Part shown: positions 63,414 through 64,000 of the stretch, in pieces
Numbering within the stretch: the first letter of the stretch is position 1
Layout: every line of letters starts with the position of its first letter
Assembly (NCBI RefSeq): GCF_964204645.1
Contig: NC_134030.1
Location: 2,277,355 to 2,341,354, forward strand
Direction: 5' to 3'
Source: Tubulanus polymorphus
Taxonomy: Eukaryota; Animalia; Nemertea
DNA: 64,000 bases
Made by a program: the position numbers and the translations under genes
The notes under the pieces: model-generated
Seen by the model: the letters and a program-made list of their open reading frames with translations, nothing else
Told to the model about the DNA's origin: nothing
Database searches by the model: none

Positions 63414-64000
63414 GTAAGTAAAAATCAAACGATTTCGCAGCCATCTTGGATTTTGAATAATGGACGCGAGACTAGCGGGCTGAAATGGTTGATTGTTTGC
63501 CAATTGGAATTTCGCCTACAAGTCATACGTGATTACCACCAAATCATATATCATGAGGTGTGATCCAAAATGGCCGCCTCGCTAATAGGGGGTGCAGTAG
63601 TTTGTCATAGGCAGAGGAAGAGGAAGAAGTCCTCGACTGCCGCAGTTGCTTTGTTTAGTCAACATATTCTACTAAATGAAATTGCAAAACTGCCCAACGA
63701 GTGGCAAATATCTTTCCCCGTGAGACTGATCAAATTGAATCTAAAATTTAAAAAAAACAACATCAAATTGAAAAAATGTATAGCCTACCACGTTTATTTC
63801 CATCATCAAAACAGTTCAATTCTAACAATCATTTGGTGACCTTTTATTAAACTTCATTAAATTAGATACATTTAATGTACTTAAGATAATGTTTTTTTTT
63901 TAAGTCAAACTTCTTCATTTTTACGAATCCTAGACACACCATACATGGTTCAGTCTCTGTAAGCCATTAGTCAGTGTTACGTATTCCGTAACCCATCGTA

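Overview
AT-rich, intron-containing invertebrate-type eukaryotic genomic DNA; the taxon cannot be fixed from sequence alone. Gene order: 3' end of UBE2Z (+); PECR (-, ends in SKL); two tandem DED-prodomain caspase-8-like genes (+), the second with its DED2 exon destroyed by an inversion but still spliceable in frame; a DEG/ENaC (ASIC-like) channel gene (+); a single-coding-exon 522-aa disordered protein rich in short signalling motifs (+); an inverted paralog of the channel (-); and the 5' part of an opsin-like GPCR (+). Two things stand out. (1) Both DEG/ENaC paralogs carry a roughly 450-aa helical insertion in the extracellular knuckle region, and it diverges much more than the channel core and its introns. 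(2) At least six short palindromic insertions are flanked by 11-16 bp target-site duplications, and most contain minimal hammerhead-ribozyme motifs (Penelope/retrozyme-like). There are also several MITEs, minisatellites and tRNA-derived fragments. Exon structures were assembled by eye from GT-AG sites and reading frame.
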